From: Mobula hypostoma
Taxonomy: Eukaryota
DNA length: 64,000 nt
Assembly: GCF_963921235.1 (NCBI RefSeq)
Contig: NC_086118.1
Location: forward strand, 16,928,001 to 16,992,000
Direction: 5' to 3'
Under the pieces are notes generated by a model. The model was not told the DNA's origin, searched no databases, and saw only the letters and a list, made by a program, of their open reading frames with translations. Position numbers and translations under genes: made by a program. How positions within the stretch are numbered: position 1 is the first letter of the stretch; every line of letters starts with the position of its first letter. This document shows, piece by piece, positions 1 to 11,628 of this stretch.

Positions 1-299
1 AAATAGTTAGAAGCTTGTTTACACAAAGCGAATGCAGTGGTAACATTAGCTTCATTACCCTATTGCTAATCTCAGGTACAAAGAGGCAGTGTGCAGGAAG
101 CATAACAATCAGCTGAACCTGAACCATGCTGGGACCAGGGTCCTGGTGAATTACATAAGTAGCGCTGTGGAGAGGGTTTTAAAACAAGTAGCAGAGGTGG
201 GGAGGTGGGGTGGGTTCAAAGGCTTGTAAAAGTATGGATAAAATAAAAGGGAAGGGGAGTGCGAGAGAGGTTTCTGGTCACCAAAATAAAGAATATAAG

Positions 300-390
300 T
301 GAAAAGAAAGGTGATATTTGAATGCATACTGTTTACGAAATAAGGCAGATGATCGTGCAGCACAGTTAGAAATTGGAAGGTATGATGTTA
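300..390 (+). mobile_element. Degraded CR1 LINE ORF2 N-terminal (APE endonuclease start) fragment
   Basis: 318-389 translates LNAYCLRNKADDRAAQLEIGRYDV, resembling the CR1 ORF2 start LNARSIRNK..L......YD.V. Confidence 0.55.
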
Positions 391-872
391 CCTCCTGTAA
401 CTAATAAATTAGCTGCTGAGTGGTCTTTTACTGCATTCAGAGATGTTCCTCTGCATCCCACTGTTGTAACATGTGGTTATTTAAGTTACTCCCTCCTTTT
501 TGTCTGGCCATTCTTCTCTGGCTTCTCTCATTAACAAGGTGTTTTAATCCATAGGACTGCCACTCACCGTATCTTTTTCACACCATTCCCTGTAAACTCT
601 AGAGACTTTTGTGTGTGAAAATCCCAGGAGATCATCAGCCTCTGAGATACTCAAAACACCCTGTCTGGCACCAACAATAATTCACATAGTCAAATTTACT
701 TAGATCATATTTCTTCCCTGTTCTGATATTCTGATCTTTGATCTGAACAACAAGTGAACCTCTTGACTTGTCTGCATGCTTTTATTGAATGAATTACTGC
801 TACATGATTGGCTGATTAGATATTTGCATTAACAAGGTGTACAAGTGTACCTAACAAAGTGGCTACTGAAGA
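391..872 (-). mobile_element. Non-autonomous Tc1/mariner remnant with decayed transposase N-terminus
   Basis: Ends in gtgtacctaacaaagtggctactga, the reverse complement of a Tc1-type TIR (cagtggccactttattaggtacac). Minus strand ~580-720 resembles the Tc1 HTH start (..IVGARQG.LSISE.DDLLGFSH..SLEF). Confidence 0.65.
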
Positions 873-1310
873 GTGTTTGATGGCTCTGGCCTGGACACAC
901 TAGAATTTAGAAGAATGAGGAGGAGGGGGAATCTCAAACACTATTGAATGCTGAAAGGTCTGCAGAGAATGGACGTGGAGAGAATATTTCCAATAGTGGA
1001 AGAGTCTAGGACCAGAGGGCACAGAATACAAGTATATCCTTTTAGAAGAGAAATAAGGAAGATTTTTTTTAAGCGAGAAGACAGTGAATGTGTGGAATTC
1101 ATTGCCACAGGTGCCTGCGAAGGCCAAGTCACTGGGCTTATTTAAGGTGGACAGATCCTTGATGAGTAAGGGCATCAAAGGTTACAGGGAGAAGACAGGA
1201 GAATGAGGTTGAATGGGAAAACGTATCAGCTATGATCAAATGGCAGAACAGACTTGATAGACAGAGTGCTGTAATTCTGTTCTTATGTTTAGGGTCTTTA
1301 GGGTGTTATG
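873..1310 (+). mobile_element. CR1 LINE 3' fragment (decayed)
   Basis: ORF 948-1145 LKGLQRMDVERIFPIVEESRTRGHRIQV..FRREIRK is homologous to the C-terminus of the CR1 ORF at 3671-4786. Confidence 0.8.
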
Positions 1311-1380
1311 TTCTTAAGGTCCTATTTATTACACAGGAGGTCCGCTGTGTCTTTGCCAATTGAAAACTGTGATCCTACCT

Positions 1381-1690
1381 TAGGGTTGCCAACTTTCTCA
1401 CTCCCAAATAAGGGACAAAAGTAGCAGTTCAATACAGGACACTTGTGTTTACCCCAAGAAAGACCCTGAAGCCTTGTGCAGGTACTTGTGTGCGCATGCG
1501 TGATGTGCACATATGTGACGTGCTTCTCGGTTTTGGCTTAATCTTCCCGATTCTGGTAAGTGAAACTACACTGTACATACATTATTTGTACTTTATATAG
1601 GCTGTGTATTTATCGTATCATTCCTGCTTTTACTATATGTTAGTGTTATTTTAGGTTTTATGTGTTATCTGGTGTGATTTGGTAGGTTAT
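1381..1690. mobile_element. Probable DNA-transposon (hAT-like) end fragment
   Basis: Starts TAGGGTTGCCAACT, a hAT-type terminal motif. No matching right TIR found. Confidence 0.35.
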
Positions 1691-2057
1691 GAAAGATTAA
1701 GATTTTGATAGTCTTATAAATTTGCTATTGTCCACGAGGGCAAATCATTAATAACTGTAATACAGAACATCTAGATCGGTGACATGAAAGAGCCCACATT
1801 CCAACAACTTAGACTGAATGAGCTGTTATTTCCAGTGCATGACATAGTTCTGAAAGCATTTTGAAGTTGGAAGGGAAAACCTTATGAGGACAGTCAGTAT
1901 TAAAAGTCACAAGTTTGAATTAATCTCTGTGGTAATGACATAACAGGGGCTTTCCAAGGATCATTGTTAAATTACTAAGGTTGAAGTCCATCAAGCCAAC
2001 GCAAAATGATATAGCCAGGAGATTACAAGGCTGGATTTTTGTCAAAGTTTCAATGAT

Positions 2058-4786
2058 TATGATATAGTTGGGATCACAGAGACATGGCTCCAGGGTGACC
2101 AGGGATGGGAGCTCAACGTTCAGGGATATACAATATTCAGGAGGGATAGACATGAAGGAAGGGGAGGTGGGGTGGCGTTGCTGGTTAAAGAAGAGATTAA
2201 CGCAATAGAAAGGAAGGACATAAGCCGGGAAGATGTGGAATCGATATGGGTAGAGCTGCGTAACACTAAGGGGCAGAAGACGCTGGTGGGAGTTGTGTAC
2301 AGGCCACCTAACAGTAGTAGTGAGGTCGGAGATGGTATTAAACAGGAAATTAGAAATGTGTGCAATAAAGGAACAGCAGTTATAATGGGTGACTTCAATC
2401 TACATGTAGACTGGGTGAATCAAATTGGTAAAGGTGCTGAGGAAGAGGATTTCTTGGAATGTATGCGGTATGGTTTTTTGAACCAACATGTCGAGGAACC
2501 AACTAGAGAGCAGGCTATTCTGCACTGGGTTTTGAGCAATGAGGAAGGGTTAATTAGCGATCTTGTCGTGAGAGGCCCCTTGGGGAAGAGTGACCATAAT
2601 ATGGTGGAATTCTTCATTAATATGGAGAGTGACATAGTTAATTCAGAAACAAAGGTTCTAAACTTAAAGAGGGTTAACTTTGAAGGCATGAGGCGTGAAT
2701 TAGCTAAGATAGACTGGCAAATGACACTTAAAGGATTGACGGTGGATATGCAATGGCAAGCATTTAAAGGTTGCATGGATGAACTACAACAATTGTTCAT
2801 CCCAGTTTGGCAAAAGAAGAAATCAAGGAAGGTAGTGCACCCGTGGCTGACAAGAGAAATTAGGGATAGTATCAATTCCAAAGAAGTAGCATACAAATTA
2901 GCCAGAGAAAGTGGCTCACCTGAGGACTGGGAGAAATTCAGAGTTCAGCAGAGGAGGACAAAGGGCTTAATTAGGAAGGGGAAAAAAGATTATGAGAGAA
3001 AACTGGCAGGGAACATAAAAACGGACTGTAAAAGCTTTTATAGATATGTAAAAAGGAAAAGACTGGTAAAGACAAATGTAGGTCCCCTGCAGACAGAAAC
3101 AGGTGAATTGATTATGGGGAGCAAGGACATGGCAGACCAATTGAATAATTACTTTGGTTCTGTCTTCACTAAGGAGGACATAAATAATCTTCCAGAAATA
3201 GTAAGGGACAGAGGGTCCAGTGAGATGGAGGAACTGAGTGAAATACATGTTAGTAGGGAAGTGGTGTTAGGTAAATTGAAGGGATTGAAGGCAGATAAAT
3301 CCCCAGGGCCAGATGGTCTGCATCCCAGAGTGCTTAAGGAAGTAGCCCAAGAAATAGTGGTTGCATTAGTGATAATTTTTCAAAACACGTTAGATTCTGG
3401 ACTAGTTCCTGAGGATTGGAGGGTGGCTAATGTAACCCCACTTTTTAAAAAAGGAGGGAGAGAGAAACCGGGGAATTATAGACCGGTTAGCCTAACGTCG
3501 GTGGTGGGGAAACTGCTGGAGTCAGTTATCAAGGATGTGATAACAGCACATTTGGAAAGCGGTGAAATGATCGGACAAAGTCAGCATGGATTTGTGAAAG
3601 GAAAATCATGTCTGACGAATCTCATAGAATTTTTTGAGGATGTAACTAGTAGAGTGGTAGGGGAGAACCAGTGGATGTGGTATATTTGGATTTTCAAAAG
3701 GCTTTTGACAAGGTCCCACACAGGAGATTAGTGTGCAAACTTAAAGCACACGGTATTGGGGGTAAGGTATTGGTGTGGGTGGAGAATTGGTTAGCAGACA
3801 GGAAGCAAAGAGTGGGAATAAACGGGACCTTTTCAGAATGGCAGGCGGTGACTAGTGGGGTACCGCAAGGCTCAGTGCTGGGACCCCAGTTGTTTACAAT
3901 ATATATTAATGACTTGGATGAGGGAATTAAATGCAGCATCTCCAAGTTTGCAGATGACACGAAGCTGGGTGGCAGTGTTAGCAGTGAGGAGGATGCTAAG
4001 AGGATGCAGGGTGACTTGGATAGGTTGGGTGAGTGGGCAAACTCATGGCAGATACAATTTAATGTGGATAAATGTGAAGTTATCCACTTTGGTGGCAAAA
4101 ATAGGAAAACAGATTATTATCTGAATGGTGGCCGATTAGGAAAAGGGGAGGTGCAACGAGACCTGGGTGTCATTATACACCAGTCATTGAAAGTGGGCAT
4201 GCAGGTACAGCAGGTGGTGAAAAAGGCGAATGGTATGCTGGCATTTATAGCGAGAGGATTCGAGTACAGGAGCAGGGAGGTACTACTGCAGTTGTACAAG
4301 GCCTTGGTGAGACCACACCTGGAGTATTGTGTGCAGTTTTGGTCCCCTAATCTGAGGAAAGACATCTTTGCCATAGAGGGAGTACAAAGAATGTTCACCA
4401 GATTGATTCCTGGGATGGCAGGACTTTCATATGAAGAAAGACTGGATGAACTGGGCTTGTACTCGTTGGAATTTAGAAGATTGAGGGGGGATCTGATTGA
4501 AACGTATAAGATCCTAAAGGGATTGGACAGGCTAGATGCAGGAAGATTGTTCCCGATGTTGGGGAAGTCCAGAACGAGGGGTCACAGTTTGAGGATAGAG
4601 GGGAAGCCTTTTAGGACCGAGATTAGGAAAAACTTCTTCACACAGAGAGTGGTGAATCTGTGGAATTCTCTGCCACAGCAAACTGTTGAGGCCAGTTCAT
4701 TGGCTATGTTTAAGAGGGAGTTAGATATGGCCCTTGTGGCTACAGGGGTCAGGGGGTATGGAGGGAAGGCTGGGGTGGGGTTCTGA
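2058..4786 (+). pseudogene. CR1 ORF2 (APE endonuclease + reverse transcriptase), split by one frameshift near 3657
   Basis: Motifs YDIVGITETW, GVVYRPP, MGDFN, SDHN (EN); NYRPVSLTS, YLDFQKAFD, GVPQGSVLGP, KFADDTK (RT). ORFs 2172-3731 and 3671-4786 join at agagtgg^tagggga (expected SRVDRGEPVDVVY). Confidence 0.95.
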
Positions 4787-4889
4787 GTTGGATGATCAGC
4801 CATGATCATAATAAATGGCGGTGCAGGCTCAAAGGGCCGAATGGCCTACTCCTGCACCTATTTTCTATGTTTCTATGTTTCTATGATAT
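2058..4889 (+). mobile_element. Young 5'-truncated CR1 LINE
   Basis: Near-intact ORF2, 3' UTR hairpin gggccgaatggcct, (TTCTATGT)n octamer tail at 4863-4885, and TATGATAT at both ends (2058-2065 and 4882-4889). Confidence 0.97.
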
Positions 4890-5376
4890 TCATGGTATGA
4901 CAAAACACTAAAAATAAGTATTTTTTTATAATTTTGATTATTTAGATTCCAAAACTGAACAAAAGTTGATTAAAGACCGTAATGAAAAAAACTACAAATC
5001 TGAAACAAAGCCAAAATAATTTAAAAAATAACTTGCCCTTTGCCTCCCAATCCACAGTCCCACTGAACCCATTGAAATTGAATCCTGAGACTAATTACCA
5101 GCGCTGGATAATCTCAGTAAAACTGGACAACACTGCTGGTATCAAAAGTGAACCCTAGTTCATGAGAAGTAACAGTCATAGAATAAAAGTTTTCAAAAAT
5201 CATGACACCAATTCCTGGTAGAAATATCTCCAACTGCATCAGTTAGAACAATTCAACTTACAGAAAGTACATACAGTTAAAATCTAATTGCTTTGTTCTT
5301 TGTACTTAATATTTTAAAATTCAAAGTGCAGAACATAACATTTTATTCAAAATTGTATCTATTAATGAAATTGTTA

Positions 5377-5480
5377 ACAACACACACAGAATGTCAGATA
5401 AACAAACTCAGCAGGTCAAGCAGATCATATGGAGGGAAATACACAGTTGACATTTTGGGCTGAAACCTTCTTCAGAACTG
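5377..5480 (-). mobile_element. Penelope-type terminal (pLTR) fragment with degenerate hammerhead motif
   Basis: Homologous to 47223-47360. Minus strand reads agtt-CTGAAGA-aggtttcagccc-AAAA-tg-TC-aact. Confidence 0.65.
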
Positions 5481-5707
5481 TGATAAGGAGTAACAGCCAA
5501 GGTCGCAATGGCTGCTATCCCACAGGTGAATGAATTGAGATTCATTGACTTGGGAGGCTCAACCAAACTTCACTGAACTATTAAAAAAGAAATTTTTATC
5601 TGCTTGCAGCAAGAGTGAATGAATGTTTCAAACATATCTCAATGCATTATCCACTGACAGTAGCATAAAATCGTAAATGAGAGTAGCAGCATAGCAGCAA
5701 ATAATTT

Positions 5708-6478
5708 TATTTATTTGGCGATACAGCATACAGGAGGCCCTTCTGGCCTTTCAAGCCATGCTGCCCCAGTGACTGTCAACCCCTATAACCCTAATCTATA
5801 CTTTATACTTATACTTTATACTTTATTGTCGCCAAACAATTGATACTGGAACATACAATCATCATAGCAATATTTGATTCTGCGCTTCCTGTTCCCTTGA
5901 TTATGAATTGATAGTAAATATTAAAAATTTAAATTATAAATCATAAATAGAAAATAGAAAAATGGAAAGTAAGGTAGAGCAAAAAAACCGAGATGCAGGT
6001 CCGGATATTTTGGAGGGTACGGCCCAGATCCGGGTCAGGATCCATTCAGCAGTCTTATCACATTTGGGAAGAAGCTGTTCCCAAATCTGGCCGTATGAGT
6101 CTTCAAGCTCCTGAGCCTTCTCCCGGAGGGAAGAGGGACAAAAAGTGTGTTGGCTGGATGGGTCGTGTCCTTGATTATCTTGGCAGCACTGCTGCGACAG
6201 CGTGTGGTGTAAAGTGAGTCCAAGGACGGAAGATTGGTTTGTGTGATGTGCTGCGCATATAATAATCTAATAATACATAATCTAATCACAGGACATTTTA
6301 CAATTAAACTACCAGTACATCTTTGAACTGTGGGAGGAAACTGGAGCACCCAGGGAAAACTCTCGCTTTCCATTGAAGGACATACAGAAGCTCCTTACAG
6401 AATGGCACCTGAATTAAACTCCAAACTCTGGAGCACCCTGAGCTGTAACAGCATTGTGCTAACCGCTGTGCTACTGCG
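5708..6478 (-). mobile_element. tRNA-derived V-SINE/HE1-like SINE, interrupted by a Rex/Babar fragment
   Basis: CR1-like tail hairpin (ggcccttctggcc, 5737-5749), V-domain-like actgtgggaggaaactggagcacccagggaaaac at 6328-6361, tRNA-like head near 6410-6478. Homologous to 56400-56687. Confidence 0.75.
5799..6256 (-). mobile_element. Rex1/Babar LINE 3' fragment
   Basis: Minus ORF AQHITQTNLPSLDSLYTTRCRSSAAKIIKDTTHPANTLFVPLPSGRRLRSLKTHTARFGNSFFPNVIRLLN; tandem (TATACTT)n tail at 5799-5827. Confidence 0.85.
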
Positions 6479-7296
6479 GCTCCTAATTTGGGACAACAGC
6501 AACATCCAAACAACTGATAGGAGGAAAAGGAGCCCAAAATGCTCTTGTGCAGTTTCAGAGGAAGGATGGCGGTGTGGCCGATGACAATATATTATTATAT
6601 GTGCATCCAACTAATAGCAGAAACGCGAAAATGGATTCATATCTTAAAATCAATACTAAAACTATTCAATGGAATTCAGGAAAAGATTCTTTGCATAAGG
6701 GGCTTTAAAACCCAAGCAAACATCAGGCCATGAGATGATTTTATATCAATGTGTTCAAAAGGCATACTTCAAGGGAATGAGCCATTAAAAGAAATAAGTT
6801 AACTGGGAAGTATACAAGCACTATTGCATTACTGGAAGGACGATGGTCTTAGCCTAACAAAAATAAAGTTGTACCAAAAGGAAAACTCCACAACTAATAA
6901 TGATCACAGTCCTGGGACGGAGATCTGAGAATAGGACTGCAGCCTCCAGAATATAAGTCTATAAGTGTAGAATGTGGAAATCTCAGGAGGGCTGAACGCT
7001 CAACCAACTAAGGATGGGCACATCAGGGCATGGAAAATCATTATTGCCAGTCCCTAATTGAGTCTAACTGAGACAGCAGATAAGAATCAAACCCATTGAT
7101 GGTTGAGAAGTCATATGTGGGCACAGCAAGAACAGGGCAGTGATTTCATCCTTGAGGGATAACAGTGACAGGAAGCAATTTTGAGAACTCTGCCAGTTAA
7201 TCTATTATCATAGCTGAGTTTGCCTTTTTATTTCAAATTTATTTATTTTGCAAAAAATCCTTTTTGTATATTGAAAAAATAGGTACTGTGCTCACA

Positions 7297-8683
7297 TATA
7301 AACCAGTGAGTCTTATTTCAGTGCAGGCAAGTTGTTGGAGAAGATCCTGAGAGGCAGGATTTATGAGCATTTGCAGAGACATAATCTGATTAGGGATAGT
7401 CAGAATAGCTTTGTCAAGGGCAGGTTGTGCCTTACAAACCTGATTGAATTATCTGAGGATGTAGCAAAACACATTGATGAAGGTAGAGCAGTGGATGTAG
7501 TGTACATGGATTTCAGTAAGGCTTTGATAAGGTCTCCATGTGAGGCTCATTCAGAAAGTAAGGAGGCATGGGATCCAAGGAGACCTTACTTTGTGGGTCC
7601 AGAATTAGTTTGCCCACAGAAGACAAAAGGGTGGTTGTAAATGGTTTGTATTCTGCATGGAGGTCATTGTTGAGTGGTATTCTGCAGGGATCTGTTCTGC
7701 GACCCCTCCTCTTTGTGATTTTTATAAATGACCTGGCTGAGGAAGTAGAAGGGTGGGTTAGTAAGTTTGCTAATGGCACAAAGGTTGGGGATGTTGTGAA
7801 TAGTCTGGAGGGTTGTCAGAGATTACACGGGACATCGATAGGATGCAGAATTCGGCTGAGAACTGGCAGATGGGAGTTCAACCCAGATAACTGTGAAGTG
7901 GTTCCTTTTGGTAGGACAAATTTGAAGACAGAATATAGTATTACAGGTAAGACTCTTGGCAGTGTGGAGGATCAAAGAGATCTTGGGGTCCGTGTTCATA
8001 GGAAACTCAAAGCTGTTGCACAGGTGTACTGTGTTGTTAAGAAGGTATAATGTGTGTTGGCATTCATCAAGCATGGGATTGAGTTCAAGAGCTATTTGGT
8101 AATGTTACAGCTATATAAGACCTTGGTCAGACCCCACTTGGAGTACTGTGTTCAGTCCTGGTCACCTCACTACAGGAAGGATGTGGATACTATACAGAGA
8201 GTGCGGAGGAGATTTACGATATTGTTGTCTGGATTGGAGGGTCTACCTTATGAAAATAGGTTGAGTGAACTTGGCCTTTTCTCCTTGGAATGGCTGAGGA
8301 TGAGAGGTGACCTAAGAGATGTGTATAAGATGATGAGAAGCATTCACCGTGTGGCTACCCAGAGGCTTTTTCTCAGGGCTAAAATGGGTAACATGAGGGG
8401 GCATATTTTAAGGTGCTTGGAAGTAGGTGCAGAGGGGATGTCAGGGGCAAGTTTTTCCACACAGGGAGTGGTGGGTGTATGGAATGCACTGCCGGTGATG
8501 GTGGTGGAGGCGGATGTAATAGGGTATTTTAAGAGACTCTTAGATAGATACATGGAGCTTAGCAAAATAAGAGGGCTATGTGGTAGGGTAATTCTAGGCA
8601 ATTTATAGAGTAGGTTACGTGGTTGGCACAACATTGTGGGCCAAAGGGCCCGTAATGTGCTGTAGATTTCTATGTTCTGTGTT
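7297..8683 (+). mobile_element. Older 5'-truncated CR1 LINE, RT region with stops and frameshifts
   Basis: ORFs 7332-7640, 7568-8050 and 8054-8608 give VDVVYMDFSKA, GILQGSVLRPLLF, KFANGTK, LVRPHLEYCVQ; tail tttctatgttctgtgtt. Confidence 0.93.
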
Positions 8684-8921
8684 GTTTTTCATTCAATGGG
8701 CAAATTCTTGTTGTTTGTAAAAACCCTGAGCTACACCTCATTCTCAGCAAGTTAGGAAGGCTTTTTTTTCAGGTACTTGAAAGGTGATATCTAGATGCCT
8801 TTCATTTAGATGCCAGCACAAGAGGCAGAAACACAGCCAGGTCCAACAAAGTCCGCAAAATCAATCATACATCCACACAGAAGGTGAGAGTATATTCACG
8901 AAAATGAAAATGTTGCCAGCT

Positions 8922-9080
8922 GGAGCAAAGAAAATGCAGTTGCTGGAAATCTGAAATAAAAGGTGAATAAGCTCTGACCACATTTAAAGTTCTGATGAGG
9001 AGTTGAAACACTGACTCTGTTTCTCTCTTCACAGATGCTGCCTCGCCTGCTGACATACTTCCAGCATTTTCTGTTTTTGT
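8922..9080. mobile_element. Old inverted Penelope-terminus-derived element
   Basis: Left gaaaatgcagttgctggaaat and right ttccagcattttctgtttt are inverted. Contains agttCTGATGAggagttGAAAcactgact followed by cacagatgctgcc. Confidence 0.55.
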
Positions 9081-11040
9081 TAGGAAATTAGTCACGTTAG
9101 AGTTCAGAATTTTAAAGTTAAGCCAGCTCAGACTCATGACTAACACCATTGTGGCCACACTGGTACTAAAGTGTGATTACATTGCTTTCCTTCAGATGCT
9201 CTGTTTTTCCATTTGACATCAAGTTTGAGATTTTTAGTTCAACATTCCTCAGTGAGGATGACAGAAGGGTATTGATGGATTTTCACCCAGAAATTATGAC
9301 CCTTCAACTGCACTGAGACTTCTAAAACACTCTGTTACCACAAATAAGAAATATACTTTAGTTTGTTTAAAAGAGTCAGTAGATTTTGTGTAGACCTTTG
9401 CAATTCTAAGTATACAAAATTCATTGAAATCAGTCTTTAGAATACTGACTTGCAGCCAAATGTTTTATGAACCTTTCCAATTTTATTGATATGAATGTTC
9501 AGCTTATTTGACACAAACATGCCTCACTGTATTTCAGTTAAATTATCTCCCATCTCTTTTTTCATTCCCTTAAATTTAACTATTCTGTTATTTCTTCATA
9601 TGCATTCTTTCATTTACTAATAGTCAGACAAGGAAGGCCACTTGTTTTTACACCTGCCAATATTAATAGATGAGATTGCAAAAGTCAGAATCTCAGCTAC
9701 CTATAAGGTACAGCACAGACAGGTTCTGAAATTCACCTCACAAAAGGAAGATCCCAACTCAAATGTCTCTGATTGATTTCAAAGTCCTTCTCCCTATGAG
9801 GGAAATTTACCTCGAGAAATTTTTAAAAAATAAATTTCTCTTCTTGACTATCCTCAAAGGTAATAACAGCAGATATCATCATGGTTATGTTTATCGTTTA
9901 AAAATCTGCATTATGTATGAAGCAATAAAATCCTAAGTGGACATGTAATTTTAAGCATTTACTTAATTACAGGAAACAGTCTCCAAATTAGTAGCAATTG
10001 AAAACAATTTCACATGGAACATTTCTTGCACTGAAACCCCAACAGCAAATTATTTCATTGCAAAGTGGAAAGCATTTGAGTTTAATTTTTTTTACTTGGG
10101 ATCTGAATCGGTGGAAGTAGACTCAGGGATGGTTTTGCTAGTTGTGAGTCTCATTGACTAGCTGACGCTTCTATTCATATTAACACAAAAGCAGATTCAG
10201 AGACAAAGATAGTTATGTCCAAGTAGCGTGTACACCAAGTTATTTTGTATCTGTTTAGCATCTTGGTGGTCAACCTTGTCACCCAAATAGGGAAAGGCTC
10301 CTGTTGCACACATCACTGTACATCTACAGTACTGTCAAACACATGGTAACATGTGAAACTTTGCAGATCGTTACCTGTGTACTTAAGTGTATTTCTGAAA
10401 ATAGTCTGCAAGGTTAAAAAAAACTAAAATTAAAGCAAATAAAACTTAAAACTAATTTATTAATATTAAGTTAACTGAAAGCATTAAACTTAAGGAAAAC
10501 CATAAAAAATAAACTGTTCTTTGCCTTTGTTTCGTTATCTGCAACCTTCCAACCCTCAAAGAAATCAACATGTTCCAACTTTATCAATCAGACTGTAGGA
10601 TCGGAAAGGCAGGTTCCATAGTTTAATACTGGGGCATCTTAGCGAGACTGAGGTTCACAGTTGTATTCAATGGTTTTTAGTGGTGGAGCCAGAAGACAGA
10701 CCATGTTTCAAACAGACCGTGAGCCCAGCACTTGTGGTTGGCACCCTTCCACCTAATTACTGGATTTACTGCTCAATGATGGAAAGTTCCTTTCCAAACT
10801 AAAGGCTTTGGCCTACAAGTTTCTGCCCAAGAATTCAAAGACATGGTTGTTTCCAACATGCAATTGCCAGAGGTGAAAGTAATGTCACCTTACTATCACT
10901 AGCAAATTTCATGTTTCTGTTATTTTTTAAGTGCAGAAAAGGCCATAGAAGCAGAATCAGATAAAAAAAAATCATACAATCTAGAAGAAAAGGAGAAGGA
11001 ATGATCAGAAGTGGTTCTTAATGAAGGGAGGACAGATAAA

Positions 11041-11263
11041 TAAGACCATAATACCATAAGATATAGGAGCAGAATTAAACCATTTGACCCATCAAGTCTG
11101 CTCCGCAATTTTATCATTTCTGATGCAATTTTCCTCTCAGTCACAATCTCCTGCCTTCTCCCTGTATCCCTTCATGCCCAGACCAATCAAAAATCTATCA
11201 ACCTCTGCCTTAACTATACATGACTTGGTCTCCATAGCTGCCTGAGGCAAAGACTTCCACAGA
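11041..11263 (-). mobile_element. CR1 LINE 3' end
   Basis: Tandem tail (taagacca/taaccataag), ataggagcagaatt..ccatttgaccc hairpin, reverse complement of ctgtggaagtctttgcc (LW.SLP). Confidence 0.8.
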
Positions 11264-11451
11264 ATAATTAAGCAGAATGATTTGGCAAGAAATTTGGAGT
11301 GCTTGATCCATTTGACTGAAGATGGGGGCGATCAAATGAAGATTAAGAAGGTTAAAAACAGATTATCACAAATGATGAAGGTCCAAAGCAAATCAGAATT
11401 TTGTACAGAAATTTGTGAAGGGCATTCATCTAAATGAAGGGACTGATGGCT

Positions 11452-11628
11452 AGAGCAACAAACTGCAGCTGCAGGAATTCTACAACAAAAGCAGAAAATT
11501 CTTCCAAAACTACACAGCACAACCTTTCCAGTTCTAATGAAAGGCCATTAATCCAAAACAATCACTCTCTTTCTCTCTCCACAGATGCCACCTGACCTGC
11601 TGAGTAGTTATGACAATTTCTGTTTTTG
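11452..11628. mobile_element. Old inverted Penelope-terminus-derived element
   Basis: Same layout as 8922-9080: aactgcagctgcaggaatt...ctctccacagatgccacctgacctgctgag...tttctgtttt. Confidence 0.5.

Noticed and set aside
2120..4809. Minus-strand ORFs (2420-2896, 3694-4098, etc.) as genes
   Set aside because: Antisense shadows of CR1 ORF2.
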